Position numbers and translations under genes: made by a program. This document shows positions 1 to 11,500 of a DNA stretch of 64,000 nucleotides, in pieces (the first letter of the stretch is position 1; each line of letters opens with the position of its first letter). The stretch is from Calcarisporiella thermophila CBS 279.70 (lineage: Eukaryota; Fungi; Calcarisporiellomycota). Under the pieces are notes generated by a model. It saw only the letters and a program-made list of their open reading frames with translations, had not been told where the DNA came from and made no database searches. The stretch covers positions 1,186,653 to 1,250,652 of the forward strand of contig NW_027192195.1 in assembly GCF_041956535.1 (NCBI RefSeq), given 5' to 3'.

Positions 1-4
1 TTTT

Positions 5-73
5 GGGGGTCGATCGAACCCACGCCGTTCTCATCGGCATCCCAGGAATAGTCCACTACACTAACCCTCCCCC
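5..73 (-). ncRNA. tRNA-like element (pseudo-tRNA or SINE head)
   Basis: Minus strand reads GGGGGAGGGTTAGTGTAGTGG...GGTTCGATCGACCCCC: A-box-like TAGTGTAGTGG, B-box GGTTCGATC, GGGGG/CCCCC ends and hairpin TGCCG-ATGAGAA-CGGCG. It does not fold into a canonical cloverleaf and lies at the window edge. Confidence 0.45.
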
Positions 74-82
74 GAAGTTTTG

Positions 83-172
83 GATTACGGCCATCTTTGG
101 TGGAAAGCACCGGATCCCGTCCGATCTCCAAAGTTAAGTCACCACAAGCCTAGTCAGTACTGCGGTTGGGGA
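83..172 (+). rRNA. 5S rRNA, 3'-truncated copy (probable pseudogene)
   Basis: GATTACGGCCAT...GAAAGCACCGGATCCCGTCCGATCTCC.AAGTTAAG...GCCTAGTCAGTACTGCGGTTGGGGA matches the first ~90 nt of eukaryotic 5S; the last ~30 nt are replaced by a T10 run. Confidence 0.85.
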
Positions 173-254
173 AGTTTTTTTTTTGGCTTGTAGTGGCGCA
201 GTTATGACTGTCTGTACGAAATACCGATATTCCCGTAACATCGTAAATATAGTT

Positions 255-326
255 GGGCGTTTGGTATAGTGGTATTACGTCTGTTTCGCATACAGAAGGC
301 CCCGGGTTCAATTCCCGGAATGTCCA
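255..326 (+). tRNA. tRNA-Ala(CGC)
   Basis: Full cloverleaf: acceptor GGGCGTT/AATGTCC with the G3:U70 Ala identity pair, anticodon arm TCTGT-TTCGCAT-ACAGA, T-loop GGTTCAATTCC, downstream T-run. Confidence 0.95.
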
Positions 327-649
327 AATTTTTGCCGAACAATATTTTCTTGCCAAGAGCACTACTTGAATATGTTTTATACCAGATCCATTTATTTAAA
401 GACTATGCTTATGACATAATATTTATAAACAGAAAATACTAAAGTTATAATCAGAGTTGAAGATAAGATTCTTGTGATAGTATACAATAAGCTTTTCATT
501 AGAATGGGAAATTAAAAAGTGGAAAGATATGACCTATTTCGGCAAAATTCGTCCAAGATATAGATTAAAAGCTGCTAATAGTCCTTTAATTATGTGTTTT
601 TTATTGGATAAAATAAAAGTTAATCAAACATAGTTGAGTGCCATTGTAC

Positions 650-3600
650 CTATTTCTTGAAAGTCATACTTCTACTTCCACTCTTACTTGCAGTCGGTAA
701 TCGTGGATCCTTGCGTTTCAATTCGGGTGCTACTTCAACGTTTCCATATGGATCTACTCGCTTCTTGTTTTTCTTAAATACATCAGGTTGCTCTCGAGGA
801 CCTTCACCATCCAGCTCCAAGCTTGCCAAAAAGGAATCTGCCTGGCTATAATCATGCGGCTTGAATTCTTTCTTTTCTTCTCCATTATCGTCCATTCCCT
901 TTTCTTTGTTTTTCTTTTTCTTCTTTTTGGCGACGTTGGCCTCTCCGCCCTCAGGGTTTTCTGCTGCAGCCTCATCGGAGCCTTTCTTTCTCTTTCGGTT
1001 CTTTCTCTTCTTTTTGGTTCCCGGTGCGCTCGTGACCAGGGTATCATCGTCGGCGTCTCCTGGCAGCTGAATTACCTCTAACGGGTCTTCAAGTTCTTTG
1101 AGATCAGTTGCCGCTTGGGGTGCGTTGTACACTTCATATGATTCAATTGCAGATTGTGCCTCATCCGCTGGTGCTCCTGCTGAGTCATTTTCACTCTTTC
1201 GTTTCTTGTTCATCGAGGATATCACAAGAACATCGCTTCGCTTAACCTTTTTGGTTTCGCGGTCCTCTTGCCGAGTGTAGAGATGCTCTTCCGCCACCCC
1301 TGCGGAAGAGATTTCATCAAGTGGTTCAGACGTCTTTAGTGTGGCCTTAAAGAAAATTTGGAATGAATAAGGCTGGTAAATTTAACATAGGCTAATGAAT
1401 AGAAATGAATACCTTAGATCCCACCGGTATCGGAAGGGTTAGAACGAGAGTAGCGCGTATTTCCTCCGCGAGTTTTCTCCAGTGTTCTTCTTCAGAATTC
1501 ACTTTTTCTTCTAAGTCTTCATCACCGAACATCACACTCTTATGAGCAATTAAACTTGATACATCCGCTACTGCTGTTTCTTCCTCATCAAACATGACAC
1601 TTAGTGCTGTGGCTACAACTTGGGGCCCGTTGTTCTCATGAATGTCCATTTCTGCATCTTCATTTTCACTAGCATCCTGCACCTCATTGCTCTCATCAAA
1701 TCTCACGTGTGTTGGTTGTGGAATATTCATTGGCTCGGAAGCCTGTGGTGCACTCTCCTTTGCCCGCAAAATGGCTAATGCGATATCGTGTGCATACATC
1801 CGCACAAGGGGCGGAGTAGGTGTGCAGCACCCAATCACTTTAGCCTGGTCGGTGGGCATCTTCTCCATCAAAGTGAAGAGCATATGATTGGGAAGCACAT
1901 AGCGCAAGCTTTCATCCTCGTCTCGAGCCGTCTGATCACGCCATGCATGAAGTACCTTGAATACAGCTAGTTGTCGAGCATCCAGTGCGCGATTCCATCG
2001 TTGCAGAAGATATCTCCAACCTCCAGGCCCATCCCCCTCCGGATCGTACTGGTCTTTTTCGTAGCATTTAGAAGAGGTGTCGCGACTACGTTGTAATGTT
2101 GCATGCAAAAGATTTAATTCTGCGTTGCTATGTTGAATAAGCTCATTGCGAAGGCGGTCAAATACGTAAAGGAGATAGTGTGTGTCAGAGCGAGCGTAGC
2201 GGAGCATCTCTTCGGGTAGAGGGCGAATTCGCCAATCGGCAAGCTGGAAGGTCTTGTCGACTTCAACGTCGCAGAAATGTTTAAGGAGATATGCAAGAGA
2301 GTGACTAGGATATTCTGGTACCCAAATATATCAAATTAAATTAGCGTGACTGATAGGTGTCCACTAAAGATGACTTTGATAAATACCTAAAACTTTGCTT
2401 GCTTGGTGAGTATCGAAAAGTCCTACAATGTACACTCCAAAATCACGTTGTAACCACAGAACATCGTGGTCTGCGCCATGAAATACCTAAGAAATTTGGT
2501 GAAAGTTAAAGAATGAGGGAAACCTATATCCAGAAATGATCTTAGTAGTTACCTTAATAATTGAAGGGTCAGTAAATGATTGGTTCAATAAATGCAGGTG
2601 TTCACGCAGTTCCAAAGTGTCAACGATGAAATCCTCATCTCGAGTACTTATTTGCATCAAACATGTAATTCCTTGGAAGGACCGGTAATTGTGGTGCTAA
2701 ATTTTGATAATGCCAAATGAGTATATAAGAATGACAATATAAATTTGATAAAACATACTTCTAAGTCCACCGCAATCTCCCTGGAACTCTCCAGCTTTGA
2801 GCACATTTCTTTCAATCCCTCCAAAGAGTCCACCCAAGTAAATGATGACTCATCAAATGGGGTATAAATTTGCTCTGGTAGCGCCTCAAATAATGTGGGC
2901 GGGTACTCGATATGTTTAAGCTCATATTCATAAGGATGTGGAACCCTAAGATAAATTTCCAATTAGTATAAGAAGTGAATACCCTAGTGCAATAGTGTGC
3001 AGCTGAACTTACCTTGGCATATCTTTTATGCTCATATCGGCTGTTGGGTAGGTGCTTGTGTCAAGAGGTACTTTAGCATTTGGCTTGTATGTAATTTTGG
3101 GAATGAATGGTGTGCTAGCCGAATTATCAATCTTATCTTTGAATTTAAGTTGTGGTCGGATAATATTCTGGGCGTGTATGAGTTTATAATCGAGATTTTT
3201 CTAATGAGGTTCACAACAAAATTAAGTTATCAGCAGTGAAAAATAAAAACTGAGTTGTCATTACCTTTGATGCAACCTGAGTTACAACCGCTGTCTGCGT
3301 CATAACCGGAGTCGCCTTGCCCTTGTTTCCTACTAATTCGTCAATGCAGACATCTACTCGTTCATAAAGCTGATCCATTGCATCCACCACCTCGCCAAAT
3401 CTGTCTACTGCATCGTCAGTATCCTCGAGAGGATCAAACTCTCGAGTGATCCCGGAGAGCAGTTTGTTAACAAGGGAGAGAGCTTGGGTACCACATGTGT
3501 CGAGAGCACGTCCAAAAGAGCGATCTAGAGTACGATAAAATTGAAGATCCTCCGAGAAAGGTATTGTATTGGCGATGCTAGCGGCCTCTTTGAGGGCAGT

Positions 3601-3663
3601 GAACAGGCCTTCATTATAAGCAGAAAATTCCGTGAATGGATTCGGTATTTCAGATCCGGACAT
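650..3663 (-). CDS. RRP6: Exosome 3'-5' exoribonuclease Rrp6 (multi-exon)
   Basis: PMC2NT-like N-terminus; DEDD-Y motifs ([37 protein letters not shown]); HRDC domain ([22 protein letters not shown]); Lys-rich C-terminus ending RSMTFKK. Confidence 0.95.
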
Positions 3664-4018
3664 TATGTATAGAACAGTTGTAAGAAGAACGAATGTTTCT
3701 TTCTTCTCTACTCTCCCCTCTACTGTAATTCCTCTAATCGAAATATCCTATTAAAGATCAACTCATTAGTGACACTTTCCTAGTAAACAAATCGAATTCA
3801 ATTCCAGCAGTCACTAGCCGCAGTACAATACATGGCAATTCAATACGAGAATTTAATTTCATCAGAAGTAGAAATCGAGGAGTTGTTAATAATGAAACAG
3901 TTAAGAACACATAAAATGATGCACAATAAAAAATAAACGAAAAACCTTAGCTAAATGCTAAATATTTATACATTAACATGAGAATAGTAATGAAGCATGT
4001 TCAATTTTGCAAACAGTC

Positions 4019-6022
4019 TCACTCGAGAGAGATCGACTCATCTGCGGGCATCCATGGGCGTCTCATCGAGTCTCCTCTGTAATAGGTGCACGCATACTGG
4101 TAGACGCCCAGCTCAATGCGGAGATCCTCGCGTTTTGCTCGCTCAACACGTGCCTTGTCTTTGCACTGCATTGGGGTTCGCCGCGCCAACCGTCCAGTAC
4201 CTGTCGGTCCGTGGATCTTGATGATGCCCACCCAATCTGCCCCTTTGACACGATTTAGACCATCTTCCAATGCTTCGATCTCATCGTCTGTCCATGGCTC
4301 TGCTTTTTTACGCTGTTTACGAGCAAGTTTAAGTCGCTCTATCCGGACAAACCCTGAGTGCCTTTCTGCCTCCCCTTCGACTGCATTCTGTACATTAGCC
4401 CCATACTCGTTCTCTGTTCGAGGGTGTCTGAGACCCTGTGATAAAGATCCCTGGGTGATGTTCCCATCTTGCTGACTATCCGAGGCTGGCGCAATCTGCG
4501 AGAATGGAATTGGCTCTACCTGTTCCATTACCTGGGAGATCTCCTCATTGGGCATAGCTTCGAAATGACCTACAAATTGCCCAGTCTGCTCAACAGTGAA
4601 TGGAATGAAGCACTGTTGTTCTGTACTAGGGGGTGCTGGGTTCTCCAGAATCTATATCAAGAAATAGTAGTCAACCACAGCTCCAGAATTCTAGTGTCGT
4701 TTCTGTTAAGATTGGTCAATTACCTTGGAAAGCGCAGGAGTTGGGATCCATTTAGACTGAACGACGAGGATAAGACGTAACTTAGCTTGAGCATCATCAT
4801 CCCATGGATAGATTTCACGTAGTTCATTTGGGTTGGATTTAAGGATCTGATCAATATCCCTAAATTAGTTGACAATCCATCGAAGAACTTGAGGACACCC
4901 TTACTCACCTCTTCGCGACGTACCAACCCTTCTCTAACAATAGTTGTTAGCCACGGCTCTGTGTTATACCTCCCAAAAACCTGGCTCACAGAAGTTGGAA
5001 AGAACTTATCAACGTCCTCTTCAACAGAACTATTTGCGGTGTGGTTGCGAATGAAAGCCTGACACCCCCAGGTTAATTATCCAGATACTCAACACTCTAA
5101 GAATGTAATAAAAATAGCATACCCAGGTTTTCAATCTCAAAACCGTGTCCATCCAGGTACCCTCCAGACGCCAAACATCAATTGGTGCCAGCTTGATTAA
5201 ATAATTTGCAGCCCAAGCAAAGCACGCGGCACTTGCGTGCTGGGGTTTCTTCAATAGGCTGTTCCACACCATCGCCAGGTTTGCATGATCGAAAACGACT
5301 CGCGCCTCGTTTTCAAGTTCACTTTCGAAGTTAGCCTCCTCCACGGAAAGAAAAGATGAAGAGGTGTAATGGTTGATTTTAAAAGCTAATTGTTTAGATA
5401 GTTAAGGCAAATAAGAAAAAAAAAAAAGAGGATTAGGCCTTGGTTAAAGTAGGGTGGAAAACAATCACGAGCACTTACACCTAAAATCCTTCCACCTCTT
5501 TTCTTTCCTCTTTCGACACGCGTCCGCTTCCTCATTTTCTTGTCCCTCCATCAGTAAACGCATTTCCTCGACCATAGCCTCCATAGATAAGTACGCATAG
5601 AGATTAAGCATGCGAAGATTGGCACGGCGAATTTCCAATGGCTCCGCCTGATCGTAGCGAGATTTCGCGCCTGCTTGAGTTTGACCGCGATGTGTTTCAC
5701 GATCCTCTTCTTCCTCCTCTACTCTTTCAGATTGTCTTGTAGCATTTTGTGTCTCTACTGAGGGTATGTTTTGAGTCCTGGCCTGCTGGCTTTGCTCCTC
5801 ATCTCCTTCATTGTCTTCCTGTGGAGGATGTTCTTCGGTTTCGCGTTGGGTGGCAGGAGGTTCTTCTTCGGCCTCCTCTGGTTCACGCTGAGAACTACGC
5901 AGAGAACGAAGAGGCTGCCGCCTTCTATTTCCCAATTCTTGCTGGCGTGGCACCTTGTTCTGGGTCTGGGCACTCCTGAATCCCTCTGGGATTTTCCGCT
6001 TGCGAAGTGCAGGCGGAGACAT
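4019..6022 (-). CDS. Telomere repeat-binding factor (TRF/Tbf1/Taz1 family): TRF-like domain plus C-terminal telobox Myb
   Basis: C-terminal Myb WTDDEIEALEDGL...W..I...RRTPMQCKDKAR (telobox LKDKAR type); central ANL...LRLKTW-AFI motifs resemble the fungal TRF domain; acidic low-complexity N-terminus; GT-AG introns join the ORFs. Confidence 0.8.
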
Positions 6023-6127
6023 GGCTGAATTAATATACTCGAAATCAATAAAGACCGTATAGACCGGAGATTGGGAGGAATACTTTTTTTTTGGCTCCTT
6101 CAGAATTCAGAGAACTAGAGCAAAATG

Positions 6128-6195
6128 TAGGTTTGGGTTTGGACTAGGTTTGGACTAGGTTTGGACTAGGTTTGGACTAGGTTTGGACTAGGTTT
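6128..6195 (+). repeat. Telomere-like 11-bp tandem array (GGTTTGGACTA)5 plus partial units
   Basis: Five perfect units at 6136-6190, flanked by TAGGTTTG and GGTTT; G/T-rich strand bias. Confidence 0.95.
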
Positions 6196-6299
6196 TTATT
6201 TAGGACATGAGTACTTGTTACAAGGGTCTATTGGGCGGTGGCTTTGGTGGGGGAAATCAAAACGAATTTACAAGCCATCCAATCAGCCCTCTTCTATCC

Positions 6300-7212
6300 C
6301 TATTCTTTTGGGCCTGACTTTTCGAGGAAGATTTGAAGTTCGGCAAAGAACCGGCAAGTAGGAAACCCAACCTAAATAAAACGGGGAATTAGCTTGCATT
6401 GTTTGGTATACTTTCTGCGTTCACGATACTTACTACATTCCAGTAGTCACCACGGATGGAGGAGACGAAGAAAGAAGCCAGCCCTTGATATCCATATGCG
6501 CCTGCCTTATCCAGGGGTTCACCAGTTTTGACATCTGTAGCAAGAGAGGTAGCCTTCGTTTAGCAACCAAATTCTCCACAAGAAACGCACCCCATACAAA
6601 GCGGAGAATGACTTACATGCTTCAATGGTCTCATCGCTTAATTCTGAGAAGAGAACCTCCGTTTCTTCTACAAATACATGAGTCCTGGGGCCTGGGGCAA
6701 CAAGCGCTACTGCAGTGAAGACCGAATGGGAGCGGCCGCTTAACTGGCGCAGCATACTATGTGCACGTTCCGGGGTATGAGGTTTCTCGAGAATGTCATC
6801 ACCCAGTACCACAATAGTATCTGCGCCAACAACAAGATTGGGCGGATTTTCTTTGTCGTTCTGGTCAAATGGGCAAATTAGAAATAAGAATATTTCCAAA
6901 ATGGAGCCACATTGCAAACATACTGCTAACCGCTCATACACCTCCAATGCCTTTTGTCGCGCCGTCTCACTCACATATAGTTTTGGTTTATACACGGATT
7001 TATCGAGGGTTTCTGGGAAGAGACTCGGAACTATTTCAAAATTAAGGCCCTAGACGATTGAATGATGAGGGGAGGAAAGCATTGATAACGGGGGAAACAG
7101 CCGTGAGAGCTCTTACTAAATTAGATAGTATCTCCTTCCGTCGTGGTGACCCAGAGGCAAGAATGACACGTTTGCTGCGCAGTGCTTCAATCCAAGGAAT
7201 ATCAAGACGCAT
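6300..7212 (-). CDS. Maf-like nucleoside triphosphate pyrophosphatase (multi-exon)
   Basis: Motifs [62 protein letters not shown]. Confidence 0.92.
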
Positions 7213-7298
7213 TGTGAAAAACCTTTTTTATGTGAAAAGATGAAACAAATAGATTCACAGTCACCAATTCCTCATTACCTCTTGAACACGTAAAATTT

Positions 7299-8253
7299 AT
7301 GTCGGAACCATCGGATTCTGCAAAGCAAGTAGCAGCCACGAGTATATTATCTTTTGACATGCTAGCTTATCTCTTATTATAGGCCCAAGAAATCTAGTGT
7401 CTACACAAGGACAGGTGATAAAGGCAAGCATTTTGAGGTTCATGGAGTGATTTTTCCCTCTACTTCACTAATTCAATTGCATTACACGTAGGCACATCTG
7501 CTCTCTTCAATGGAGCTCGAAAACCAAAAACTGACCAAGTATTCAAGGCTCTTGGCGCCGTTGATGAACTGAATTCTTCTCTTGGGTAAGCTGGATGCTC
7601 TATTAAGCGAAAGTTGACCACTGGATATCGAGGTTATTGAATTAGAATTGCTCAACATTATTGTAAAGTCTCCAACAACGGCCTTGCCGACCAACTCATT
7701 GAAATCCAATGCCGCATGCTCGAGATTGGGGCCAATGTCGCAACTCCCAAATCTACCTCTTCGGAAACACAGCTTGGTAGCGAGACGTCTTCATATTTGT
7801 AGGCAGCCTGTTCTCGTCCTTCTTACACCTATATTATTTTTGCTAGAAAGGACCAAGCTCCACGAGTCGACTGTGAGCGACTTAGAGGCTTGGATCGACC
7901 TTATGGATTCGGTAAGGCTATTGCTTGTGCTTTTCCTCTCCTCTGCTTCTCCGAATCTTCTTAACCTCCCCTCCCCCCAGAAACTCCCTCCGCTCCGCAA
8001 TTTCATCCTCCCCTCCGGTGGCGAGTCGTCAGTGTTCTTGCACCAGTGTCGATCGATTTGTCGCCGCGCTGAGCGTGAGGTAGTTGATCTCGTCACCGAC
8101 GACGAGGTTGATGAAGTTGCGCTCAAATTCTTGAACCGGTTGAGCGATTACCTCTTCGTCGCGGCACGCTATGCTGCCCAACACGACGGTGCGGAAGAAA
8201 ACCTGTTTCGTAAGCGAGAACTGCACACACGGAGTCTCCAGAAAGACAACTAG
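7299..8253 (+). CDS. MMAB: ATP:cob(I)alamin adenosyltransferase, PduO/MMAB type (multi-exon)
   Basis: Spliced motifs [62 protein letters not shown]. The first two introns appear to need GC donors. Confidence 0.92.
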
Positions 8254-8507
8254 AGCATGCTCTATTTAGCCTCTCTGCTTTTTGATTCGTACGTAGTCAA
8301 TTAATCTATGACCATATTTATTAAAATAATGCATACCATGAGCATAGATCAAACCGTGACACAACAATGCAACTGTTGTCTTTTTTGCTATTATAAAAAT
8401 ATATATAAAACACAATATCAAAAATATATGTGTGTGAAATAAAAAGAAGAAAAATTAAAGTAAATGGAATTTTTTTTTGGCTAATAAGTAATAAATAGAC
8501 CACAAAT

Positions 8508-11500
8508 TTATATGGCATCAACGACGGCAGCCAAATCCTGCTGTTTGACTAGCTCGCTGTAGACTCCACCTAGGGCAACTAACTCTAAGTGATTTCCCTG
8601 CTCTACGATTTTTCCTTCTTTAATTACAATAATCACGTCTGAATCCTGAATGGACGAGAGCCGGTGCGCAATCGCAACCGTGGTGCGTCCAACCATTGCA
8701 TTGTCGAGTGCTTCCTGAACGAGCTTCTCGGATTCGGAGTCAAGCGCAGACGTCGCCTCGTCCAGTAGGAGTATCTCGGGGTTGCGAAGCAGAGCACGAG
8801 CGATGGCAATGCGCTGTTTCTGGCCGCCAGAGAGCTGCGAACCTTTATCGCCCACCCTTGTGTGGTAGCCATTCGGAAGATTTGCGATAAAACTGTGGAT
8901 ATTTGCCTGCTTTGCTACTTCCTCAATCTCTTCTTGCGTCACAGCTTCGCCCTCCTCTCGCCCGTACAGAATGTTCTCTCTAATGGTCATATCGAAGAGA
9001 ACTGGCTCCTGTCCAACCAGAGCAATGCGCCGACGCAGAGCTCCGAGTTGCCACCTGCGGACATTGACACCTTCAACGTGGGCCTCTCCGGCAATAGTGT
9101 CGTACCATCGCATCAAGAGTGCGATCACGGTGGACTTGCCGCAACCGGAAGGTCCCACGAGGGCAACCTTTTGATTTTCTTTAACATCCAACGAAACCCC
9201 ATCAAAGATGGTGGCGTCCAGCCTCGAGGGATACGCGAAAGCAGCGTTCCTTAGCCCTGCAGTACGAGGAGCAGAGCCGGAGGTGTCTCCATCGGCATCG
9301 GGATCGATGAGGGTGCATTTGTCAATGAGTTCGAAAATATTGATGGCAGCTTGGCGCGCCTTGACGACTCTGGGGAGCGATGACGAGATATTCCCAACTC
9401 CCATGGCGGAGAAGATGACAGCAAACATTGTAGTTAAGAGCTGCAGGTAGTCCATATCTCCTGCTCTAATGAATTGAATACCCACGTAGAATCCCAGCGC
9501 AAATACAAAAAATTGAAATCCTAGCGGTCAACAGAGTGTGGGGTTAGTAGATCTGCGGACAGATATCAGTTCCCATTGAATACCTTGCGAGATGGCATAT
9601 CCAAGCGAGGCAAGATAGGCCTTTTGCAGGGAGATGCGATGCGGCTCCGCATTAGCTTCAATGTATTTACCCTCAAAGACACCCTCGACCCCTAGTGAAG
9701 CGACTGTGCGAATTTCACGAATGGCCTCTCCTGCAACCTGCCCTGACTTCTCGTATCCTTTCCTTGTTTTACCAGAAAATCTATGAATGTAGCCGGTGGA
9801 GCGATCAAATAAAAACAATGATAGGTAAATGATTTAGGAATGATAAGAAAATCGATAAATGCATTAATTCAAAGTGAGAGGAAATGTTACCCTTCAAATG
9901 CCTTCGCTTCGAATACACCCGCCAATACTAACACTGGGACAGTTGCCAATAGAATCAGGGTCAACTTCCACCCGTTTACAAACGCGATGACAAGACCTAT
10001 CACCAAAACGATGACGGTTTGACCTGCATTCATAAAGAGAGCATCAGGGAGTTCATGCAGCTGAGTCGCTTCTTTAGCAAGGCGAGCGGTCAATGTCCCC
10101 GTAGAATGCGCCGGTTTATCAAAGAAGCCCATCTCTTGCTTCATCAAATTACGGAAGCAAATGGAACGGACTCGCCTAATAAGCCGCTCTCCACAATAGA
10201 GCATAACACCCTCTTTCATGCATGAACTTAAGAACATTGCCGCGCCGATCACTACGAAGATAATCGCCCAAAATCGAGAAGATGGCTCGACCTGATCAAT
10301 CGGCCTAGACAATGCCTCGATAAGTCTGGCAAAAATTAGCGAGAAAATGGGATAGGCTACTCCGCCCATCACACTCCCCACAAGAGATATGAACATGAGA
10401 CCCCATTCTGGCTTCATCATTTTGATCACTCGAAGCACTGGCCGAGGCTCCGGCGGGACGTCAATTTCACCACTTGCCGCTCTCGCAACGGCCGCATCCT
10501 CATCTTTTGCGCTACGGCCAGATAATTGCCGAGCAAAATTGAGGATTTTCTTTGCCGGAGGGAGCGACTCTTGTTTAATGAGCTGCTGTTCCTCCTCCAC
10601 CAGGACCTCTTCTGTTTTCTCTGAAGTCAAGGTCACGTCATCGCCCCCAGTCTTGAGTTGTTGCTCAACGACGTAGCGATAGTACGCACCCTGCATATTC
10701 AACAACTCCTCGTGGGACCCTTGCTCTACGATCGCTCCCTTATCCATGACCACGATCAAGTCCGCCTCCTTGATGGTCGATAATCGGTGAGCAATTACAA
10801 TTGTGCTGCGATCGCGTGATGCCTTCTTCAGGGCGTCTTGCACTAGCCTCTCCGAGTAGGTGTCCAAAGCTGAGGTGGCTTCATCGAGGAGGAGAATGGA
10901 GGGATTTCGTACCAGTGCTCGGGCAATGGCTATACGCTGTTTCTGCCCACCCGATAACTGTGAGCCTTTTTCACCAACCAGTGTATCGTAGCCGAGGGGG
11001 AGCTTTGTGATTAAATCGTGGCAATTAGCCAGCTTACAAGCTTCAATAATCTCGTCTTGCGTAGGATCACCATTCAACGAGCCAAGAGCGATATTGTTGC
11101 GAATAGTATCATTGAAGAGGACGGGCTCTTGTCTATTAAAAAGAAGCCGAATTTCGGGGTGTGCAAACCCATTATTTCCTTGCTTAATGATAGGTAAATC
11201 ATCATTGACATTACCCTACAATGCCAATCTGCTTGCGTAGCCATCGGACGCTTACATCCTTAAGTGCCAATCCATCGATAAATATTTCTCCCTCAGTTGG
11301 GTCGTAAAAACGTTGCACCAGTTGAATAATCGTGGATTTTCCACTCCCCGATGCTCCAACCAGTGCAACTGTTTTCCCACTAGGAACTTCAAGATCAATT
11401 CCGCGCAACACGGGCACCTCTTTGCGTGAAGGGTAGCTGAAGTGGACATTGCAAAATGAAATGTTTCCGCTGCAGGTAGAGGGCTCTTTGCCACGATGAA

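Noticed and set aside
5-73. tRNA-Sec or a genuine tRNA-Leu(GAG)
   Set aside because: No UCA anticodon or long variable arm; arm spacing and T-stem are not canonical.
150-362. 70-aa ORF on the minus strand
   Set aside because: It is the antisense reading of the tRNA-Ala and 5S fragment.
6128-6195. Array as an actual chromosome end or telomerase RNA template
   Set aside because: It is internal, flanked by intact genes, and has five units whereas a template carries about 1.5.
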